From positions 1,649,745 through 1,713,744 of the forward strand of contig CM082591.2 in NCBI GenBank assembly GCA_040954595.2: a stretch of 64,000 nt of DNA, in the 5' to 3' direction. Within the stretch, counting starts at the first letter, position 1, and every line of letters begins with the position of its first letter. Origin of the DNA: Balanoglossus misakiensis (lineage: Eukaryota; Animalia; Hemichordata). Below, piece by piece: positions 27,201-39,800 of the stretch. Below the pieces are notes generated by a model, which was given only the letters and a program-made list of their open reading frames with translations, did not search any database and had not been told where the DNA came from. The translations under genes were made by a program, and so were the position numbers.

Positions 27201-30200
27201 TAATACTGTATACATACAGCATATGCCATATGTTGGCATTTGCACAGGTAGAATTAGTCGCGACATGCAGGGTTCTGTGAAAATCACCACACCCAAAGTA
27301 AAAACATTTTGTTTGAATGACATGGGATTAAAAACACAAATGTGCAGATTTGAAATCACGCCATGATATATATCAACATGGCAATACCACTGATGCTAAG
27401 GATTGAACGTGTATACGTTTTGCATTTAGCATCACTTGGGTACAGCTAGGGCATTTTAATTAACTTGTATTTTACAGATTTTGAACTCAGACAAACCCTG
27501 CATTCATCAATGCAAATCTCATTGCCCTCCAACATGATTGTACAATAAACTTCAGCACTATGGTATTGCAGTCTACACACTTCTCCCACTGTGCATATAA
27601 ACTTGATAATGTAATTAGGCTTGCGTCAGTAATTTTGGTCTGTTCGGGTAATTAGATTAAGGTTTGGGAATTATGAATCAGAGCATCAACCTTTGTTCCT
27701 TTAATAAGTACTGAAACCATAGCAAAAAGTACTGTAATGGAGCAATCCCACATAAAATGCGTTCATGAATATTTTAGTTGTGCAATATGGCCATCTAATG
27801 AGCGGATAACCTCAGGTAAAAATTGCACTCAGTGAAACCATAATCTAGTAATTTAAATCAGATTTGTGACTGGGACAACCATTGACCAACACCATAGTCT
27901 GTAATGCCTACATTTTACATTTCCTACCCATAATGCAGCATTATATTAACAAGGATCTACAGTGCATTAAATGCACACAATGAAATTGTCTGAGTCTGGT
28001 GGAATGGGTTTCAATGGTTGCTAGGGATACCAGCAACAAAGACAACTTGTGAAATGCATATTTGAGTCTCTACAAAATATGTATGGGTACATGTATGTTT
28101 CTGTCGACTGAGACAATTTTAAGCATATAAACAGGAGACTGCTATTTTTGGCTGTCTGTTGTATTGATGGTGATTTGAAATATTTTAAAATCTACACTGC
28201 AACATACACTGCAGATGTGTCATATTTTTGTTCTGTTCAAACTTATTAGTTTGGACTTTGGATATCATGATCGCTGCAAGTAGGAAGATCGGTTGAGTTC
28301 AACAATGATTTGATCTTTCATTTAACCCTTCCACCCCCATTTCTCTCTTTGGAGGTCCAGCTTTGGCATAGAAAACAATGGGTTTGGACCAAACCATAGT
28401 TGTAAAAAGGGTACACACCAGACCTGAATGAGTTCATCGGTCAAAGGAATTCCAAAACATGGGTATCTATCACATCGTGTGATCAGTCAATAAAAGATCA
28501 ATGGATTCTAGTGATTTATAATCTCTGCTTTATTATAAGAATGTTTTGGTTTCTAAGCATTTAATCTATTGTGATTTGACCCGATAAACCACAGGTGATG
28601 GCTGTTTTTGTGCAAATCTGCAGAGATCAATACACAATGCCATTTGTCTTTAGATTTGTCTGTTAAAAAGAGGACTTAATTACTATGCATGGGTCACACA
28701 TATTTGAAAATCTTTCTGGAAACAGACAACTTTGAAAAATTGCACGAATTTTAAATTGTAATAATAAGACTGAAAATCAAATTCTTATGGTTGTATTTGA
28801 GATGAGTTGTAAACCAATACCTATTCTGACAGACTTCAATTATTCAAAGTATATCAATTTCACAAACTGTAATCAAATTGGCTCACAAAACCAGACCCTG
28901 ATCGATAAACCATATTGTGGGATGCGATCTGAATTCATTCTCGAATTATGGCAGCAATGTGCGTCTGCATTTCATTCCATAAAATGTGTCTGGACCTTGA
29001 AATGAAATGTCAAGGCAACAGTATTTTTTTAAATGAAATGAAACTGCAGTTCTAGGTCATATGGAACTATTAGAATGTTTTGCAAGGTTTTGAACATATA
29101 AAGAAACAAAGTTGCTAACTTTTGACATTATTTAGGATACTTCAGTGTAAAAAATTGTAAATTTCTGGCTATCTCAAAGATCAACCTGCAAAGTGTGGAT
29201 AGATCCAGTTCAGCAATTCTTATAGCTGTTCTGATATGTCACAACTTGAAGGCACCCACCACACTGTTGTCACTTGGTGGTTTTGAGTTGTATTCTCTGT
29301 GTGTGGTAATGGTTAGCATTGATAGCCTCCGGTCATGGTATTTATTTGAGAGGCTCGTAATTGGCAAATGTACAACACAATGTGTTTCATTCGTATTGTG
29401 ATCTCACCATATGTTGGGTCAGTGGGGTTCAATTGACATAGCTGTCATACCCCATTAATACCACCACTTTGGTATGGCCATGTTGCTTTTATATTGCTGA
29501 AGTTTATAAAACAAAACGAGGGACAGACATTGGGCGAAGGATAGTAAAATGGTGAAGATAACTCATTGAACTGGTCATATACTGTGGCCTATTTCCCCAC
29601 ATCAGCTGTTTCTGTGTTATAGTCTATATTTAACAGTCTCTTGATGATCGAACACCATTCTATACGGACAGAAATAATGAACGCCATCGATGACGCGACT
29701 GACGATATAAAAAATTGCAGATTTGCACCTTCAGGCTTTTCTGCTCAACCATTAATAAATAAACTTCATTATCGAAATGGATGTCAAATTGAAAGGTTTA
29801 AGTACCAAATAATTAAGCCTGCTGGGACAATCATTTTCATCATAATAGGATTCATTATACAAAGTAATTGTCTGGTGATATTTCATTGTTCGTCATAACA
29901 ATCTCCTCAAGCTGATACTGAGCATTTATTAATCCTTTCATCACTTTTTTCAGTTTTTTTTTTCATATTGTTGGATCATGACTATACTCCTTCAAGGGAA
30001 AAATTATGACACAACTATAATGCCAGAAAATTCATCCTATTGTATAATTTTTTTATTTTAAATTCCTGGTTGTGTTCATAAAATGATAAATGTGGCACTT
30101 GTAAAGCCTCAATCCACACCCTCCTGTATCACATACTCACTGAATCATCTGCCAAAAATAAATTTCACGTAACAATCTTTGGCGCTTTGACAACTCTTGG

Positions 30201-33200
30201 TATGCAGACGGAATAAATTTTAATTTCCCACATAAATCAATAATCATTATTGTTATATCAACCTTTGCTCCTTTAAAAATTTAAAGTCCCTGTCAAGGTC
30301 ATTGGTGTCAATGAAGGTCATCTTTAAAGGGCAACAGAAGAGAAATAAAATGTTATACTTTGTTTTATTGTTTTCTGCGTTCTTTTCATCATGTTTATTC
30401 ATAGTACCGATGACATCTTGATTTTAATTCTGTTTATTACTGTAGAAATATGAGTCTGCAACATTTGTGTTCCTCTGATGTTGTTCTCATGGACAATGAA
30501 CTACAAATACTACACATATGGATAAAAACGAAGCAGAGTAACCATGACAACCTATTGTGCTAGCGACATCAATATGGCTGCCTTGCCAGTGTCAGCTGTG
30601 ATGATGACCCACTGTTGTCATGGAAACCACCCACACAGCATGGCAGCATATTGGTGGTTAATTTGCATGACAAAGACTAGTTGAGGAATTATGGAACAGA
30701 TATTTTGTTAGGATATTGCAATAAAGCGGCCGTAAATCCTGTCCTAAGAATTATAATGATGTCAAATGTTAGCAAAATTGCTTTACGATTATCCCTATTT
30801 TGAGATCAATCTTTTGCCAATGATGTATAAAATATCTCTGCATAAACCTGTATCAAAGGCTTAAAAACACCAAATTCTTTCTCATAAATGAATTGAATGA
30901 CCTTTTAATCTCCACAAGAGTATATTTACTTTTTCTGATGAAAAATATTTATGGCCCTTCACTGTTTACAAACTGGAGACAGTGGCAACAGCTGTTTATA
31001 TACACACACATATCACTTCAGTAATAACATTTACCTTACAGAATTTAATGACTGTTGGCTATTTATGTAAACACTAATTTAAGACAAAATATTTAGAAAG
31101 GTTGACTTTTACAAAGAGAGTAATGAGCAAGTCCTAACAAAAACAACAAAACATATGATTATTTTTCTGCAATTAAGATATCAAGCTTACAGATATTTAG
31201 ACCATGAAAGGTACTGTTTATTATTTTCATAGAAATATATTTCACCAGATTAGACTGGACTGCAATTAAAGTTAGGAATTCACCATTTTTCCTTGGGCAG
31301 GAAATGTACTCAAGGAGTTAGAGTACTTGATAGTGTATACTGTCGAGGGTATAAGCATCACTAATTGTTTCGCAGTGGAATGGTAGTGTGGTCTCTCCGT
31401 GTTTGTGATAAACAAACAGAACAATAAATGTTGAAAAGCCAATTGTATTGGGTCTGAAATTTCAACATTTGATCTGCTTGGATGCAGTTACTGCTAACTG
31501 TCTGATCGCATAGTGTACAAACTAGTACCTGGTGTGAATTTCAGCTTTAGGGAGTATACTATAGGCTGCAGATATAACCAGCAGTAGCTATACTAGCAAA
31601 AAAAACACCAGCTACTTTGCAGTTTATCAATTTCTTGAATAATATATTTGATTACTTATTTAATCTTAAACATTTTTTTAAATTAAAAATTGATATCTTG
31701 AATAACTTTCTAAAGTTTAATTACTTTGTTTTCGCAAATTCCTACCCAACAGGCAAGTCAACAAACCAAGTGATCAGGTTTTATATCAGCGAAATAAATG
31801 ATACATCAGTCAGAAATCTCGCCGAACAGGATGTACACTGTTTGTTCAAATCAATGTGAGGATTTTGACGGATGAAGCAAAAACTAAACTTTATTACTGA
31901 CAAGCTTTACTTTATGGAACATATGGAAACTACAAATCTTTCTATTGACTTTCCCAAAGGTGATATTATTTACTGATAGAAGCATTTAAATAAATTCCCA
32001 GCGAACAAATAAAAACATAAATCAGTATCGCATTATTGATCTGCTAAAACTGACGCGCTTGTTTGTGAATAGAAGCTAGGGGGTAAACACGTGTGTCTTT
32101 TGACCTTTGACCTCATCAATTTCTTTTGACCCAACAATACATACGCAGACACGGACGGGGATAGAGCTTGTATATTACCATGATTCCTGTTCAGATCAGC
32201 CAGTATAGTTATTAAAACCGGAAAAACTTAAATAAATGTGGGCAAGACGAGACAGGGGGGTTATTACTAAGTTGGCAATGAAACTTTTCCTCTACTGTGG
32301 TATGCAGTGATCTATACAACCCCGGTCTGCAACCTACATATGGGCGTGTGACTATGACGGAAACATACAATACATGTTGCGGGCTGGTACAGTGGTACCA
32401 AAGTCCGATGCCGCTCCCACTTTGTTTAGCTAAGCCAAAGTTTTATTTTCTAAATTCAATTCAAGATTGTCCGATGCTCGGCCGATCTGTCCAACTCAAG
32501 GTTTTAAACAAACAAGCTTTTTATATTTAAAAACACTGAACTTAGTTTTAAAAGTTTAACTTTAGTTACGAACGCGCCTCACACATTTCTTGTAGCAGAT
32601 ACACACGTGGCAGAATATATTACCATCAATAAACCACAGATAAATTATTAAAGTAACGTTGGCAATTTTGCGCGTTGTTACTAACGCTTCCGGAACCCTT
32701 GACAACGGACGACAGCTAACAATCCATGACAATTTTGACCTGCAATGACCCCGTGACTGTGTTTGCAGATACTGTTGCTAACGCGTTTAGTCTTATGTTT
32801 ATGGACGTGTAAACCGATCACTGCAATGAAATCTGCTGGGAATTATGCATATTCACATAGCACAATTTGTTTTATTTTCCGGCATATTAAACTTTATAAC
32901 CCCAGTGTATAGTTGCCGACGTTCTTAGAGAAGTACATCGGGAAGTGCGCAAGAAAACATATACGAGAAAAGGAGGTTACAGTGTAACTCGAAGCAGTGC
33001 GGACATAATGTTTGTTCATTCGTATATTTGCCCCCAGCCACGCAAACGACTTGTGATTAATGTGATTGCGACATGGCAGTACAGATAGATACAGCTGATT
33101 TCCACTTACCAGATTTTGCTGGGCTGACCGCAATCTGCGCCAATATCACCCATAAAACAAAGTAAAATATGCTCGACCGGCGAGCTGAACCCGTGTACAT

Positions 33201-33296
33201 TTCACCACGACATAAAGTACAAGCATTTTCAAATTGACCGCCATCACCCTTGCGAGGTCGATTCCTTGGCTGTGTCCTCTTTCTAATTCTCATCAT
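9242..33296 (-). CDS. KIAA1549/KIAA1549L (UPF0606)-like type I transmembrane mucin; about 2750 aa, or about 3800 aa with the optional exon
   Basis: Phase-compatible GT-AG exons: 33110-33296 (ATG at 33296 or 33200; signal peptide SSIFYFVLWVILAQIAVSPAKS), 26929-27050, [about 22576-25857], 16721-21955, 15163-15309, 14692-14898 (TM NNWVWIVVGVVSAIVLLIIIIIIIYCCCKR), 13289-13488, 12966-13119, 12468-12704, 12100-12309, 11792-11832, 11517-11610, 11219-11344, 10867-11091, 9845-10702, 9540-9687, 9242-9393 (TAG). The segments FWVQMSL...RRKR...STISSEEMSATLGHVV and NNWVWI-TM resemble the membrane-proximal SEA-like domain and TM of KIAA1549 as I recall them. Confidence 0.82.
12745..12955. repeat. Degenerate (TACA/CA)n intronic low-complexity tract
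   Basis: Runs such as TACATACATACA and CACACACA fill most of the 12705-12965 intron. Confidence 0.6.
13771..13813. mobile_element. Partial copy of the TTAA MITE-like element
   Basis: AAGGTTGGACCTCTAAAGAGGATACTGGGGGTGAAAAGGTTAA matches the right half of the copy at 36703. Confidence 0.65.
17470..21230 (-). repeat. Coding 24-bp minisatellite (8-aa TTEPP-xxx mucin repeat, about 155 units)
   Basis: Units TTEPP plus WNV, FQL, SNM or TNV inside ORF 16694-21913; the + strand motifs GGCTCAGTTGTCA/GGTTCAGTGGTCA recur every 24 bp. Confidence 0.97.
22501..25857 (-). CDS. Large non-repetitive Ser/Thr-rich exon (about 1100 aa) of the KIAA1549-like gene; 3' boundary uncertain
   Basis: Acceptor TTTGCATTTCAG|ACTTCT at 25857, phase 0, matching the exon 2 donor; 3.3 kb open S/T-rich frame ending in TGA at 22501-22503; possible internal phase-0 donor CCA|GTGAGC at 22576. 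Confidence 0.72.
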   Translation of the reverse strand, partial: TSDESASPVISMVTSMRSLYKLEPSEPVTVGRASPTISQREMHITDSMSGTSSVGMETKDVEQSRQTSSVPIRQSESSLLFTNDIYKASTASSNSKYGFSKFSKTSVLLTSHPDSQPASSIAEQLLSRESQLIATSSTNSAYRFSNSLYHPTEPSKFLSAETAVSDAAHLQTSHSASTFKVPSSSSHELTRSIHRDIEPSPLVSVGGISISAKPEIYTQLGGETSSVNAAGQTSVVSPIRDFNRGTISPTPSFSTNANSAKTSAMISDFLAPSEVTAPSLVPTSAIVEPSAIHLTREPTSTSAIKIITTSDGDVNSRSYRSQASTILMTTPKTSALDSISTHSETASKEYITISNFYTFLYPASSGRVFETSVFAESSKEGLKRSTGLPSHSTKETFESLNTLDVLPIMTSRTARHYRGSASVNSETRQTVTTPDQTLLASMISTEPRLVSSETMFTSRSSQLGTMTHSSSTPELPLRFETLSPAIKDVSSSDITVNHYQDSTSVNLETRQIITTPGLTLLPSVNSKEPLLVSSDLTVTSRISQLRTVTLNSNTQDSESVHTRTLETPPLLSSSVKDNLSRITSESMQQFLTTSVVMETRQIKPTESLLSKLVPSSFMTTVASNQRTKLASSSYPYMVDSETVNTRTVKTTPLTRSSDRYGFTSIISESEMLPTESTKVSMQSRSRQMQESSYISSMKATLSTTMDAPRVTPKYHTTASTILAPSETSQPVLSQDLSQLQTGTYSDIPTSKASDSVVSFSVSPTMISRLMTPSMSRMSDSQVENTRMLTDYVDSISSHPEQSQISESSQLLYTVTLDTVMPTGGFKPTESFLTRSELSSFTSPINMFSSTASEIVHSPTPVQESSEMSNLVTVRTKTLPSNVDRYSLTRFITESEMLQTESRKATKQSSSGIMEGSPSPVSMEVMSSTKDHAPRDSSKFVPSASETFLPSETTLPVLSPDRSYLQTLTYSNYPTLSLLVPSLSSETQYASDSVSPVSRVLPSVATSSFKIKLPSSSEKVHPSGIGSFQSMQKSSKFDEELETSQISRRSYLFTSNTSTLYTHLVQTTSFLTGVELSQSSFESQGATSIISMSKPVSPTLASTMIPYSILGGRITIQSG
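28322..28415. mobile_element. About 90-bp MITE-like element with TTAACCCTT...AAGGG termini (piggyBac-like ends)
   Basis: TTAACCCTTCCACCCCC...GAGGTCCAGCT...AACAATGGGTTTGGACCAAACCAT...AAGGG; homologous to the other copies in the window. Confidence 0.75.
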
Positions 33297-33299
33297 GAA

Positions 33300-33900
33300 T
33301 GTCCGCTACATCTACTGTCTATGAATAATTTTTCGGGTCGCTAGACTTTATCCATCCGTCCACATGTCGGAATAGTTCTCTGAGTTCCTCAATATGCGAA
33401 TATCCGGCACAGTCTTCACACAGCTCATATTCTTGATCAATAAACCAGGGACGGGTCCTTTCTCTGGTTTCCGTGGACGTATATCATACGCACGCGTGCG
33501 AGTTCGACTTGTTTCCTCTTCTGAAATCTACATCATCACAAGAAAGAGACAAGCGCGCTGCAACGCGTAGGGTTTATGTTGTAGCGTCGAGTCCTGTGAT
33601 GGCATCGTTTCCAACGGCTTAATCCATCTACTTAAGGGTCATTTCGAATGAAAATCACCGTGAACAGGCGTCTCACCAGCCAACTGAGTTCATAGACCGG
33701 GATAATTCCGGCTGTCCGCGTGCAAATCGGTAAACCCTGGCCTCGGATACGCGTACGAGATGCGGCCAGCTGTTAACACGGACGCGGACGCCCAATCATT
33801 TACATAATGTGCGTCACATCACACGGACGCCACACGCACGATGTTTATACTGCAGGCACAAGTGTGCAACGTACCCGCATTTCGGTAATCTTGATATTGG
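33300..33900 (-). promoter_or_regulatory. CpG-rich 5' UTR/promoter region of the KIAA1549-like gene
   Basis: Visibly high CpG density (ACGCGT, CGCG, CCGG) directly upstream of the first coding exon compared with the CpG-poor gene body; CCAAT at about 33792. Confidence 0.55.
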
Positions 33901-36702
33901 TAAAAATGCAAACAGTATTTTTTTAAATTCACCATTGTGACGTAACAGACAATACCAGCAAATTTAGTGAGTTATTGGACGGGCGTTTCATCCATCGTAT
34001 TTCAACATTTCCTGACGCGACAAACGAAATACTTTTAATTTTTGCCATCATATATTTTTGTTCGTCTATATATCCGCGTAGTCACTGAAATAAAATTCGA
34101 CAATAACTTTAGTCCTTGCATACATTTACAAATAGTATCTGTGCTGTGTTTCTGAAGAACTCCTACTTATGTAAACCATTGCATTTTATTTAAACTTTAT
34201 TTAGGCCTAAATTTCTTTATTTCGTACTTGCTAGGCAGAAAAATTATTTTACTGGTAAATCAAACAGTATTAGTCACGATTCTTGGCATGGCGAAACATC
34301 ACAAACCACTGCAGCGACGAAAACTTTCAATGTAGCGTGGTAGTTTCCATTCGAGGCAAACATGATAAATGTTAAGTTGCGAAATTTCATTAATTTCATT
34401 CCGTACACGCGTATAAGTACAGTAACAACGTCGCGTTGGGTATTATTCACCTAATACGTACTGAATACCCCTTAACCCAACCGAGTGATTTTTTGATTGG
34501 TTCTGAATCCCTGAGCTCAATAAATATTGGCACGGTGTCGGTCGGTGCGTCGCCATGGTGATGATATGGACTCGAATAATTGAGCCGACATCCAGCGATA
34601 TAGGAGTAACTCGCGTGCCACGGTAGCTAATATGAGAGGTGAGAGTATTAGCGCCGGGGCCATAAATTCACTGCCAAGTTTAATATAATTAATACTACCA
34701 CTACTCATGTCTTGATTTATCATACCTACAAGTAGAGACACGTTGAAGTCGCAATAAAGATCATGAAAAGATTATATGTTTGTCCATGGATGGTAATCAC
34801 ATTTTTTTTGCTGAAAGTCGACTTTAAAGTACCCTAGAACTTTAAGGGTCCAACAGAGCCCAAGTTACGATTGAAGTCAACGCCAAGCAGACGTGAAAAA
34901 GAAGAGGAGAGTATTTTTTTCATGTACGGATTAATCGCCCTTCTTCACCGTGGCAGTGTTCCACGTGCACCGTACCGGTATCACTTCGATCTCTCCCCAG
35001 AGCTGGAGCACGTGTACCGAAAGCAATATTCAGTATTGACGTAGGGGCCGCTCTCTCCCGTACGCTAGTACTGGCACGTGGCACACGCGATTACAAACTT
35101 CGTGCACGAATTTTGTATAATCTGGTTCTCTACACATCTTCAAGGAGTACGTACAAGAATCCTCAACATTGTGCAGAATGTTTACACACAACATATGTAG
35201 TAACAATGAATATTCATAGCAACTACATAATTTTGAAACTCTTACAGCAAACATCCCGACAGTCTACACGGCACGAAGTAAAATGTCTTGCTTTATTAGG
35301 ACAGTTACACTACAAATACAATGATTATCAAAATAAAAAACAGTGATGTAAGACAAATCAACAATAGAATAAAAGATAAAAAGTTTCCCTCTTATAAGCT
35401 CTGATCCCCCAGAGATATATACCACTTACAATTTATTAGAAATTTCTGCTATTTACAATAAAGTTAGTAGCAAATGTAGGAGACATTATTGAATAGTGAT
35501 TTTCCACATATGATCAAACTTCACATCTACTGGAATATGACATTGCAGTATTCGACATTCAGAATCCCTAGTAGTTTATTACTTAAACAGAACTTCAATC
35601 ATCAGCGACCCACTTGAAACATTGACACGAGCAAAAAAGACCCAAAACTGTGTATAGATATTTCTTGTCATCAAATGGAAAAATATAAAACCTAGTAAAT
35701 CACATCCAGTGACAGAGTTGTTACCAACAGACCAATTATCAAAGAAACTGAATACATTACAAGTACAAAAAAGAATTGTGATTGAAAATTCTTGATTTGG
35801 AAGCATAGGGATCACAGAAACCAAGTTAAGGCACATTAAAATATAGCACATCATTTTTAGTCTTCTCTTACCCACCTTTAGTTCATAGTTTGACCTTTGT
35901 GACTGACGACAATGGGTTGGATCACAACACAATGGAAGAAAGGTAAAGTTTGTGTTTTAAATTTTACATGAAAAACAAGTAACATCAAACTGAGAAAATG
36001 AATGACAAGAATATTTGGCAGAGCTGAGTGACTCCTAAGAGAAAGGCTAACTGTGCACACACAAAATATTTGGAATGCACCAATGTTATGTCTGGAAGAG
36101 TACGAATGCATAATGTACATCCTGGTCCAATCAGCATCCACGATACAAAGACATGATTTCACCAACTGACAGATCACACTAACAACACTACAAATATCAG
36201 ATTTAGTAAATGCATGTGAAAACAATGAGTTTCGTATAAAAGGAACACAAATACCTCATCCTAGGCGCACCTTTTCATGTAATATTTGTAAATAATGTAT
36301 ATTTTTTAGAAAATGAAGCTTTTGAGATGATACAATCTGACAAAATAGTTCAACTACTAAGGCATACTTTGTCTGTACACAAAATGGCCGACCGATCTTC
36401 ACTGATGGATCCGTGTGATAAAAACTGACAGTAACTGAATTAAACCTCTGATAAAATTCAAAGGTTTGGTAATTAACTGAGAAAACTGTCAGGTTTACAA
36501 TAAGCAATTCTGCATCTAATCTCGATGTAATTAATCTGAACAAAATCAATGAAGAAATTGTGTACATAAAAAGGACTCTTTGGATTAGAGTGTTGTTGTG
36601 ATATGATTTGGTATTCTTCTGCGAGCAGACATCAATCGTGTCTGAGGATATAGTTGTATAAGGCAGTGACTTGGTGGTGTGTATTCTTTTCTCGGAAATG
36701 TC

Positions 36703-36795
36703 TTAACCCTTTCACCACCATGGTTTTGTCCAAATCCATTGTTTCCTATGGCAAAGTTGGACCTCTATACAAGAAAATGGGGGTGAAAGGGTTCA
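36703..36795. mobile_element. TTAA MITE-like element in the liprin-beta 3' UTR
   Basis: TTAACCCTTTCACC...GGTGAAAGGGTT(CA): 12-bp terminal inverted repeat plus an inner GTCCAA/TTGGAC stem. Confidence 0.8.
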
Positions 36796-36806
36796 GTTTC
36801 TCACTT

Positions 36807-39800
36807 TTACACATTCGATGTGGCTCCATCGTCGAACACATCTTCAGCCAACATATTCTGCAAAGACAAGAACATTTATTACAGACCAGTAAACATAAAA
36901 TCCCTTGTCTATCCCCTCTCCGATCACAACCTTCTCAGAAGTATGATGTACATGTATGTCTTTTGCGGAAACATCTATGTGAATAGGACCAGCATTTGTT
37001 GACATAATCACTTTATCCCTGACATTCCTTGTTTATTAAATTTCGTTTATAAACTTACTGTCAATTTGTTCATGTCTTCAGAGAATGCTCCAATCTGCCT
37101 GACAGCGCCCTCGTCCATCTGAAAAGTAGCAACAAATGCAAGATACAATTTACGTTAAGAAACTCCGGCAAAATGTCTTTGTGTTGCATCCTCTGGCATT
37201 TCTCAACATAACACCAGAGTTGTTAAAATCTCACAAATACGAACAGGTTTTCTTACATCATCCTCATCCTCATCCTGTTCTCCTCCATCGTTATCTTCCT
37301 CATCGTCATTTTCGTCATCTTGTCGGTGCACCATATTGGCACTGCGTACTTCCTGTCGGTAGCTGCCAGTGATGGCGCCATTCGTGTGCTGGTTAAGAGG
37401 CCCCTGTCGAGATTTGGGCACTGTGGGCATCTCTATGTTCATTGGACAGACATAGTCGTCCATTTCGATTCCAGATTTCCTTTTCTTTTTGCCTCCACCC
37501 TTTCTTTTCGCCTGCAGAAGAAAGTTACATTAGAGAAACTCATCAAGGTCAGGGAAGCAGAATAGATTTGACACCAAGAAGTGTTTCATTGTGCATAATG
37601 ATGATGATACAATCCAACCATTCAGAAGTTGCAAGTTCCATTCTAAAACGTTAACACACAGTAGACCAGTACTTTGGCTCGTATTCTAAACTAAACATTC
37701 AATGAACATGCTTCTTAATTTACCTTCATTTTGGCAATCTGAGAGAGTGGAATAGTATTAGGATTTTGTTCAGCCTCTCGTTTCTTGGCTTGACAGTCGG
37801 CGCCGACCAGAGCGACGTAATGCGTTGTCAAGTGTCTCCTCAGTAATGTCTTGTTTGGTGGAATCATCAATAATGATGCCATGGTTTCGGCTGTAAAATT
37901 CACATCAAGGACCTTGGAGAGAAAAGCAGAAACAAAATTGACTGAATAACACACCAAATCTGCAACCTCGTTATGGAAATCTTTGCAGTTGTTTTTAAAT
38001 CAGATTTCAGATGCTGATTTAATTTGGCCTTGAACTTCTCAAACTGTCAACTTACCATAAAAGCACCATGAACACCACTGCCCCTAAGATTGGGGGCGTA
38101 TTCGGACAGGTCCACTGACCTCAGCCATTCCATGACACGATGGTTTGTCCAAAGCATCACCTCTGCACCATTCTGCCACGACTGTGAAGGAATGGAAAGA
38201 GATACTGAGGGAAAGCCACATAAAGTGCATATGGTACTCGAGGTATGGTATATATGGCACTGGACATGTGGTGCATGTGGCACTCAACATGTTATTCGGT
38301 GTTGCCACATTAAGAGTATAAAACTTAACCCTTCACCATGGTTCAGTCCAAACCCACTGTTTTATACAATTCTGTCTCTTCATGCTGGAATTAAAGCACA
38401 TGCTCAATTCTTAAGCAGGCAGAAACAAAAAAAGTGCCAACCACATGTAAAAACATTCTGGCCGTTCGGGTAGATGGATCTCTTGATGTCACTGAATGTG
38501 CTTGTGCGGGTAAGCAAAAAAACATTCTATGGATTTTATTCACAACTGACATGCAAACACAACAAACACAATTATATGACTACAACCCATTGGAATTATT
38601 TTTATCTAGTACATAAGACAACCTGGAATGATGTGACTGTTTTTACATCACTGACAGTATTGTTACGTGTGTAGCATCAACATTCTGTAGGTTATGACAA
38701 ATCTGGTGCTAAACACGTGCAACTATTTTCACTGTCAAATCAAATTACCCATTGTGAGTTCCAAAGAAACGTCTCAGAACCGTCTAAAAACTGCAGTGGA
38801 GAAAAGAAAGCAAAGAACATACAAACTTAAGAGTAAAGAAAGTGTAAAGAAATAAACGTGTAAGACAAAGAAGATTATAACGTACCAAAACAGAAGTCAA
38901 CGCAAAGATACAAAATCAAAAGTAAGATAACTAACTCAGACTGTAAGTGTTGCCATAGCAATGACCTCTCACCTCATCTGTCGGCCTCCTTTTAAGGCAG
39001 TTCGGGTGAAAGTTTTGTATTCGTAGACACTGGATTCCTCTCTTGATGCTCAGATGGTGCAGAGCATTGGTCACTTTGAGAAAGAACAATTCTTCCTGCA
39101 AAAATTCAAAAATAGATCTCATGATCATTTCTTCACTTTATATAGCTCAAATAGCTGTAACTTTGGCAGTTACATGTTAATTTCCTGAGGAATGCTATAC
39201 AGTGCCCCCAGTTTGGGGATTTGGACATGATGGAGGCCTGAAGCCTGCATCAGACAAGGGCTCAAAGCACATCAGAACTGGTGACCAAAACTAACACTTA
39301 CCGTGGTTAGGTAATGCAGCATTCTCCCATCAATCCTTGCTTCATTGAAAGCATCCTTGTACTGTGGTAATCCAATATCATCCAGCCATCTTGTTACCCA
39401 GTTGTAGTCCAATTCCCCCATTTTGTCCGGCTCTTCCGAAGCAATGGCACGGATCGCAAGTTGCAGTTTCTTCTTATGAAGCATATGCTTGATGCCAAGT
39501 TCCTGCAGAGGACAACCAATAAACATAATTTGAAGAAAAGTTATGGGCCAAAGTCTATCTGGTGCCTAATCACGGGTGGAGCTTAAATGAAAGGCTACAT
39601 GGTTATCTTCACCACCTCCAGTGCTCACAATCAAGCAAACAATCACATCACTTCAACAAACCTTTTCAATAAATTGTGGAGTTGCTTTGATGAGTGTGGC
39701 TCCATTCTTCACATACTGTCTGCAGGCACTGACGTAATTTCCCAAACCCATTTCATGCATCCAGGCGGCCACTGTCTCTGAGTCCCACTTGGCAAAGGGA

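Noticed and set aside
27100-33000. Short ORFs of 60-85 aa in intron 1 of the mucin gene, and similar ones at 52600-56900
   Set aside because: No recognisable domains, splice chain or coding-like composition; expected by chance.
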